DNA of 64,000 bases from a virus, in the IMG/VR virus record IMGVR_UViG_3300031469_000005, positions 48,887 to 112,886 of that record; one strand, 5' to 3'. The position numbers and the translations under genes were made by a program. Within the stretch, counting starts at the first letter, position 1. Each line of letters opens with the position of its first letter. Below, piece after piece: positions 58,020 through 64,000 of the stretch. The notes below the pieces were generated by a model. The model was not told the origin of the DNA and did no database searches. It saw only the letters and a program-made list of their open reading frames with translations.

Positions 58020-59009
58020 TCACGTACCACTTTCAATCAATGATGCACGAGTGACGTTCACGAATTCTGGATCGATCTTCAGATCCATCAAGTTATCAAC
58101 GCCTTGGTACGACATCCCACTTCTCACACCTTGCATCAGTTCATCGATCACCGACTCAGTCGAACCCTTGAATGGAACGAACTTGGAAACACCTTCAACG
58201 TGATGATTCTTCAAGGTTGATGAACCAGAGTACTGCTTGTACTTCTTTCCTTCGAATTCAATCACCTCTCCAGGCGATGAATCAGTTCCCGCTAAAATAC
58301 TTCCTAGCATCACAGCGTGAGAAAAACAGAGCGCCTTCACAATGTCTCCTGACGTTCGGAACCCGCCATCGGCTATGATCGTTGGTTTCTTGCCCGCTTT
58401 CGTTTCGAACGATGACCAGACATTATCTAATGCTGTCAATTGTGGAACTCCATTACCAGTCTTGATTCGAGTCGTGCACAACGATCCCGGACCAACACCG
58501 ATCTTGACCACATCCGCTCCCGCGTTGACAAGATCCCAGGCACCCTCGGGAGTACAAACATTTCCTGCAATCAACAGTATGTTCGGAAATTCCCCCGCTA
58601 TCATGTTCGTCATTTCTAAACATGCTTCCATGTGACCGTGTGCAACGTCAATGCAAACGATACGTGCGTTCGTCTCATTGAGCAAGAACCTCGATTCGAC
58701 AACATCGTTGACTCCGATCGAAATTCCAACATTGTTCGGATGAACCTTGGAAGCGTACTCGTAATCACGAACCTGTTGACTTGTACTCGTGAACCTATGC
58801 AATAAACCAAGACCTCCAAGTTTAGCGATGTTCATCGCCATATCAGGTCCCGTGACCGTTTTCATGTTAGATGAAACGAGAGGAACTGAAAGAAATATTC
58901 CTTTCCCCAGATCAACGTTTGTGTTAACGAGCGATCTGGATCTTATCGTGCTATGTTTTGGCACGAGCAAGACATCATCGAACGTGAATGCGGGTGAAAT
59001 TCGAATCAT
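58020..59009 (-). CDS. GMP reductase / IMP dehydrogenase family (no CBS domains)
   Basis: [43 protein letters not shown]. Confidence 0.92.
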   Translation of the reverse strand: MIRISPAFTFDDVLLVPKHSTIRSRSLVNTNVDLGKGIFLSVPLVSSNMKTVTGPDMAMNIAKLGGLGLLHRFTSTSQQVRDYEYASKVHPNNVGISIGVNDVVESRFLLNETNARIVCIDVAHGHMEACLEMTNMIAGEFPNILLIAGNVCTPEGAWDLVNAGADVVKIGVGPGSLCTTRIKTGNGVPQLTALDNVWSSFETKAGKKPTIIADGGFRTSGDIVKALCFSHAVMLGSILAGTDSSPGEVIEFEGKKYKQYSGSSTLKNHHVEGVSKFVPFKGSTESVIDELMQGVRSGMSYQGVDNLMDLKIDPEFVNVTRASLIESGT

Positions 59010-59221
59010 TCTATCGATTTTATCTCATGCATCAACCAATGTTCATCAATTTGATTATCATACAGTATAACGGGAAAAACACGGAGCGCGCTCGAGGTGC
59101 ATTCGTACGCTATTATTTTTTGATGACCGTCATTCGATACGATCAAGTACTGAACCTTTTTGTACTGGCTCAATTTGTTGCTGGTTAACAGAACACCCGG
59201 TTTGAGTTCGCTGAACTTCAT
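59006..59221 (-). CDS. small LKPG family protein
   Basis: MKFSELKPGVLL..LIVSND. Confidence 0.55.
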   Translation of the reverse strand: MKFSELKPGVLLTSNKLSQYKKVQYLIVSNDGHQKIIAYECTSSALRVFPVILYDNQIDEHWLMHEIKSIE

Positions 59222-59679
59222 GGAGTTACTGAACGACGTTTCTCGTAATCTCTGCACCATACCTTTGCAGCCTGTTGAGCACGATTCGGAAATCGAACCT
59301 CTGTTTCAACACCGTTCACACCGTTCACAACGGTAACGGTAACAACTGGAAGGTTGATTGTAATGTTTTTCATGATCTCGTAAGTAACCTCAATCGCAGT
59401 GAACTTCTCGGGCAACGTGACAGTACGCCGTTCAAAGTTAGACACTTCCAAGCGACCCACTGCGATCTTACGTGCCATCTTTTTATCGAAATTTTCCCGT
59501 GAATTCACGACAGAGATTGCAAACAAAACCTGACGATCTTGTTCATCCTTGACACCGGTGACGTAGGATGCGATGCATCCAATCGGATCGCCACGATGTC
59601 CCGCGTTTGAATTCTTGACTCGAATGTACGTGATCTTGTAGTTGTTATTCATGTTTTCTCTTTCTTTTAAGGTTTCCAC
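59218..59679 (-). CDS. phage hypothetical protein (FDKKMARKIAVGRL)
   Basis: ORF track. Confidence 0.65.
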   Translation of the reverse strand: METLKERENMNNNYKITYIRVKNSNAGHRGDPIGCIASYVTGVKDEQDRQVLFAISVVNSRENFDKKMARKIAVGRLEVSNFERRTVTLPEKFTAIEVTYEIMKNITINLPVVTVTVVNGVNGVETEVRFPNRAQQAAKVWCRDYEKRRSVTP

Positions 59680-59731
59680 TTATGTTCTGTTAATTTTTGA
59701 CCTGCACGAAAAATGTCGAAATGGTTGTTGA

Positions 59732-59914
59732 TCAATCCCAGATTCCGATCGTACGATCGTTGTTTTTTGTTCTTGCCAAACGAAATATCGAATTTTCCCA
59801 AAAAAATGTCGTGATTTTATCATCGTCGACACATACAACGATTTCAATCGTTCTGTATATTCCGAACGTGCAAATCATATCACCCGGAATAATTTGGCTC
59901 CAGAATTGGATCAT
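59732..59914 (-). CDS. small IIPGD family protein
   Basis: WSQIIPGDMIC..IVVCVD. Confidence 0.55.
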   Translation of the reverse strand: MIQFWSQIIPGDMICTFGIYRTIEIVVCVDDDKITTFFWENSIFRLARTKNNDRTIGIWD

Positions 59915-60141
59915 AAATCACCGAAAAAAGAAACATACGATCTTTCCAATGAAGAATCCCAGAAAAAGACACAAGATCAAGAATCCGATTGTCAACATTG
60001 TCTCCTTCATTTAACATGGTATCATGCTTCAATGAGAAAGAACACAACTTCAATGAACGGTCAAGATTGTTCTTCTTTGAATGATTAAGTTTCCATAATC
60101 AAAACTAAGAAAATTAAGTTAAGACCGATCTAGAAATCGTA

Positions 60142-60534
60142 TTATGCCTTACGGGCTGGTACGATGGAGAATGTGGGACCGAACATCTCGAATTGATCAT
60201 TTCCACCCGCACTCATACGAGAATCACCCACATAACAATCGTATCCCATGTAATAGAGAACCTCGTTCAAATTTGGATCCCTTGCTGAACCTCTGAGGTG
60301 TTCATTGTTGATCTTTTGAGGAGGTTTAATGAATTGCAATTTCAACGTAAAAAAGCGTAGCGTGATAGCGGGATTCGGTTTGCACGGTTCACTGTGGGTC
60401 TCAGTTCTCTCCAAGATCGTTACAAGAGAACCGCTAGACAGAAAGATCTCGCCCTCATTTCTTGAGTAATTGTGATTCGCAGAAACGTGCGCATCGAAAC
60501 GAACCGTGTTACACTCTGGTACGAAATTATTCAT
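60142..60534 (-). CDS. hypothetical protein
   Basis: ORF track. Confidence 0.5.
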   Translation of the reverse strand: MNNFVPECNTVRFDAHVSANHNYSRNEGEIFLSSGSLVTILERTETHSEPCKPNPAITLRFFTLKLQFIKPPQKINNEHLRGSARDPNLNEVLYYMGYDCYVGDSRMSAGGNDQFEMFGPTFSIVPARKA

Positions 60535-60635
60535 GACTCATTCTAACAATTTCTTGAACGAAAGAACACCAATAAAACACGTCGTAGATGTTCTTCTTTT
60601 GGAGATTATGATTCCCCAATCAAAGCATCAAGAAT

Positions 60636-61748
60636 TCATTGAGATGAAACGTGAGTCAATCGAGATGCGATCAAATCATGTATCGATGCTTGTTTGATCG
60701 CTGTTTTTACCTCAGCATCGGTGAAACGGACTAAATTCAACGAATTATCTCTGAACCAAAAATCTTGTTCACGATCCGTTTCGTACTTTCGAAGTATGAC
60801 GACATCACGAGATGTCTTGAACTTTTTGATTTCATCGAGCGAACGATCAAGACCATGCCAGTAAACGCCGTCGAACTGAACGTAAGTGTTGATCGATTTG
60901 ACGTGAAAATCAATTGACCACTTTTTATTGATCATGATCTGACGTTCAACATCATGATCACCAAATTGAATTGTCAGGATTTTGAAGAATTCGTCCTCGG
61001 TTCGCGATTGACGATACGAACCGTTTCGTTTCATCGTTTGGTGTGCCTTTTCACTGAATTTCGGGTGCTCGAGTGGAGAATTAACTCCATAACGTTCGTT
61101 CAATGATTTTTTACGTTCGATTTTGAATTTAGTAGTTGTAACATACTCAGGTGTTCCATAGCGATCTTGAATTGTGGCATTTCTTTTAGCACGTACTTTT
61201 AGATTTTGTAGCGCGTTATCACATCCGTAAATTTCATTAATTGTTTGAATTTGTTTTTGACGAATCAATGGAACCTTTGACACATGATCAACACCATAAC
61301 GTTCAAGACATGTCATTTTCTTTGCATTCTTGGTGATCTCGCTAGAATGTGCCAAAGAAATTTTATCTCGTACTTCCTTCGATTGTGAAGGTCGTTCCGT
61401 TCCATACCTTTCAAGGGACGTTTTCTTGATTCGTTCTTGAACGTCAAGATTTTGTCCAGGACTATCGCAACCGTAGATTCGATTGTTCGTGTTTTTAATC
61501 TTATCTCTTACGTTTTTTGATTGTGCGGCGGGATGACCGTACCGCAGGATGTTTGTTGCTTTTCGCTGAAGTTTTACACGTTCTGGATGCGATTTATTGT
61601 ACTTTGAAACGTATTCACCATACTGAGAATCGAACATTCGAACCTTGTAGGTTGCGCGAACGTACGAAGTTTCATCCAGTTGAACCTGTTCACCATGAAT
61701 TTCGTGAATTCGTGATTTTATTTCTTCGACAGAAACCTTCAATGTCAT
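60636..61748 (-). CDS. Vsr/DUF559-like free-standing endonuclease with RYG repeats (paralog of 43882..45024)
   Basis: IDF, VQFDGVYWHGLDRSLD, DREQD, ~6 (R/I)YG repeats. Confidence 0.8.
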   Translation of the reverse strand: MTLKVSVEEIKSRIHEIHGEQVQLDETSYVRATYKVRMFDSQYGEYVSKYNKSHPERVKLQRKATNILRYGHPAAQSKNVRDKIKNTNNRIYGCDSPGQNLDVQERIKKTSLERYGTERPSQSKEVRDKISLAHSSEITKNAKKMTCLERYGVDHVSKVPLIRQKQIQTINEIYGCDNALQNLKVRAKRNATIQDRYGTPEYVTTTKFKIERKKSLNERYGVNSPLEHPKFSEKAHQTMKRNGSYRQSRTEDEFFKILTIQFGDHDVERQIMINKKWSIDFHVKSINTYVQFDGVYWHGLDRSLDEIKKFKTSRDVVILRKYETDREQDFWFRDNSLNLVRFTDAEVKTAIKQASIHDLIASRLTHVSSQ

Positions 61749-61772
61749 AAAAGCTAATCATTTCAACAACTT

Positions 61773-62984
61773 TCACCCCACGGTGATGGCCTTTCCCAAT
61801 GGTACGACCATGTACTTAAGTTGTTTGTTCAGATTCTCTGCAATTGAGGCTTCACGTTCAACAATTTTATCGTACATTAACTCACCCAAGTATTCAAGAA
61901 GTTGATCAACCAGTTTTGACTGGTCTTCCCGACCTTGTTGAACTAGTTCAGCACCGTTCAAACGAACTTCGGCATTTGGAACGGGAATTGTATCGAATTT
62001 GGAACGAATTAGCCCCAAGAGTTCTTTACACAAAGCAAGAACGTATTGGCGGATCCATTGTCTGCCTGGCTGGGTGATTGTAGTGAAAGGAAGGACTCCG
62101 AATGGAATGTTGCTGGGTCCCGAGATACCGTAGATCGAATCGTCTTGATACGCGATACCGTTGAGAGCTCCATTACCAGATGCGGCTAGAGGATCGACGT
62201 ACGGAAAGACACGAACGAACAATTTTTGTCCAGGCATGAACGACGTTGGGATGGGATAGATTCGAATCTTGCTACCCGTTATTCGGTACGAGTAATTCGA
62301 TCTTCGTACTCGAAACGATGTTTCGAGCATTTGTCGTCTAAGGACATCTTCAAACACGGGATAGACGTAGAAAATTGAACTATTAATGTAACTTTCATAG
62401 TTGAAGTTCGTCGCGAGGAAATTCGTGATGTTACTAGAGTTCAACAGGTACCCCTGAGCCGCCAATGGTTCAAAGTGCATGATCTCGAGAACTGTCAACT
62501 TCCCCTTCGAGCCGGAAGGAATTGCATCAACAACAAGCGACCCGCTCATCGTCCCACTAAAGATTCGCAGCTCGGTGTAAAGATCGTAATCTTGTCTTCC
62601 CGCCTCTAGGTCAAAGTAACCCTCAATTGCGTTGAACGCACCACCGATGCCCGTGAACGAGGCGTACGGTTCAGCCATGCGATTCAGGAATTCAAACGTT
62701 CTGTGGGGGTAGAGGTTCGTGAGATCCAAAGTGCCAGTTGGAAGCCCCAGCACACCAACGAGCTCGTTCTTTGTACGTAGTTCGTGAATGTATCGAGCAT
62801 ACGTCAAACATGCCTGTTCGAACATTGCCCAAATTTGCTTCGAGGTCAGCTCGACGCTGAGAACATCATCGCCCAGGGCCCTCTTGACGAACAGAACCAT
62901 GTTGTCAGCTTCTGAGCGAAAAGATGCCTCGTTATCAAAAAATGAAAAAGGAGTTGGATGTATCGTCTGAGCGAAAGTTGTCAT
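61773..62984 (-). CDS. neck/head-tail adaptor protein (T4 gp13-like)
   Basis: LG..VL.VELT, YDL, WIRQY.LAL.KE.LG.IRSKF..P....LNG..L. Confidence 0.75.
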   Translation of the reverse strand: MTTFAQTIHPTPFSFFDNEASFRSEADNMVLFVKRALGDDVLSVELTSKQIWAMFEQACLTYARYIHELRTKNELVGVLGLPTGTLDLTNLYPHRTFEFLNRMAEPYASFTGIGGAFNAIEGYFDLEAGRQDYDLYTELRIFSGTMSGSLVVDAIPSGSKGKLTVLEIMHFEPLAAQGYLLNSSNITNFLATNFNYESYINSSIFYVYPVFEDVLRRQMLETSFRVRRSNYSYRITGSKIRIYPIPTSFMPGQKLFVRVFPYVDPLAASGNGALNGIAYQDDSIYGISGPSNIPFGVLPFTTITQPGRQWIRQYVLALCKELLGLIRSKFDTIPVPNAEVRLNGAELVQQGREDQSKLVDQLLEYLGELMYDKIVEREASIAENLNKQLKYMVVPLGKAITVG

Positions 62985-64000
62985 TACTTCTTTTCCCACT
63001 CCTGCGTGTGTCCGTCAGACGGTCGCGTGACCTTCAACTTATCACCGTCAAGCGCGACGTTCGCCTTCTCACCCGGCTTGAACTTTGAGTTATTCTTTCC
63101 GAATATATTGCTGTCGAATCCCGTGTGAACGTCGAACCCATATTTCTTACCGTAAACTTTACGAGATTTTGCGAATGCTGGATCAACTGGAGACGTTTTT
63201 TGAGCAGTTTCACCTGAATACGCTCCTACGCCCGGACTCTTTGGTTTTCGAGGCCCCATTCCGTCAGCATACGACGTATCGTACTTCTTTTGTGGGGGTT
63301 CCGGTCGCTTCATTTGCTCTTGGTAACCCTTGGCGAGCTTTTCGGAGATCTTTTTGTTAATGAATTCTTGTGCCTTTGCCTTTGACATGAATGGATAATC
63401 CGCATGTTGTCCTTGGGTTCCAATTCGTCCCCAATTCACACTAACATCGAACGCATCAGCTTCGATGTTCTTCGCAGGTTCCATCTTCACGCTCCAGAAC
63501 TTCGATGAATTACCTCCAATGAAGGTGAAACGACGTTCGGTGTACATGGGACTCTCGTAATCTTTCTTTGCTTGTGCCCATTCACGAGCCTCAGCCTCAG
63601 CTCTTGCATATGATCTGGCCGCTTTAGCTTCTTTTTCAGCTGCACGTCGTTTATCATCAGCGGCCGCCGCTGATTTATTACGTTCACGTTCACGTTTCGC
63701 TGCATCTCTGCGTGCTTGATCCTCCGCGGCGGTGGGATTACGTGCGGCATGTTGTTGCGTATGTTTGGACTTAAAGAAATCTTCCCAAGGATTTGCGTTG
63801 TGGGTTGAACTGCGTGTATTTGATGAGGTAGTAGATCCCAATTCCCTGTCGAGGTTCGCTCTTTTAGTGGGGTCACTGAGAATCGCTTTCGCCGCATTGA
63901 CACGTACCATATCGGTCGTCGCAGTGGGAGACTTGTTGACATCGGGATGCATTTCACGAGCCTTCTTTCTGTAGGCGATTTTAATCTCGTCTTCAGAGGC
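62984..64000 (-). CDS. J-domain + WGR domain protein (5' end outside window)
   Basis: ASEDEIKIAYRKKAREMHPD..VNAAKAILSDP.KR, then SSKFW..VNWGRIGTQGQ..EKLAKGY. Confidence 0.88.
   Translation of the reverse strand, partial: ASEDEIKIAYRKKAREMHPDVNKSPTATTDMVRVNAAKAILSDPTKRANLDRELGSTTSSNTRSSTHNANPWEDFFKSKHTQQHAARNPTAAEDQARRDAAKRERERNKSAAAADDKRRAAEKEAKAARSYARAEAEAREWAQAKKDYESPMYTERRFTFIGGNSSKFWSVKMEPAKNIEADAFDVSVNWGRIGTQGQHADYPFMSKAKAQEFINKKISEKLAKGYQEQMKRPEPPQKKYDTSYADGMGPRKPKSPGVGAYSGETAQKTSPVDPAFAKSRKVYGKKYGFDVHTGFDSNIFGKNNSKFKPGEKANVALDGDKLKVTRPSDGHTQEWEKK

Noticed and set aside
1672-59914. diversity-generating retroelement behind the PGD family
   Set aside because: No reverse transcriptase or TR/VR near-identical pair is visible, and the paralogs differ throughout their length.
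1-64000. stop-codon reassignment (seen in some huge phages)
   Set aside because: Conserved genes are full length in code 11, and TAA, TGA and TAG all terminate genes at expected ends.
1-64000. CRISPR array, tRNA or rRNA genes
   Set aside because: I saw no regularly spaced repeats or cloverleaf/T-loop signatures. The recurrent ~30-bp elements are promoters. A tRNAscan/Infernal run would still be worthwhile.

Overview
This window looks like part of a very large (jumbo/huge) myophage genome read in the standard genetic code. The right third holds virion genes: two tandem ~1000-aa tail sheath paralogs, gp13/gp14-like neck proteins, a gp15-like tail terminator and a cluster of probable internal head proteins. 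These are interspersed with GIY-YIG, HNH and Vsr/DUF559-like free-standing endonucleases. The rest is an accessory region. It encodes DNA repair (two ATP-dependent ligases, Ku, a RadA-like ATPase, an MBD4-like glycosylase, a 5'-3' exonuclease, NADAR), metabolism (pckA, fbp, GMP reductase/IMPDH, UDP-glucuronate decarboxylase), host-like expression and chaperone genes (sigma-70, IF-1, GroEL, J-domain/WGR) and a MoxR AAA/VWA pair. Five non-obvious patterns stand out. (1) There are two recurrent promoter classes, (G/T)TGT(T/C)n-N17-TAnnAT and TA(C/G/T)TTA, mostly with the start codon only 5-7 nt downstream, implying leaderless mRNA. (2) A shared N-terminal leader ending in L-x-E occurs on ~10 unrelated proteins from transcription units with the late motif, a candidate capsid-targeting/cargo system. 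(3) The sigma-70 appears split, with its region-4.2 HTH in a separate ORF. (4) About 25 dispersed small 'LxPGD' SH3/KOW-like paralogs fill gaps between genes. (5) A series of +1 homopolymer frameshifts is almost confined to accessory genes. I recognised no tRNA, rRNA or CRISPR array. All calls come from motif recognition by eye, with no database searches.
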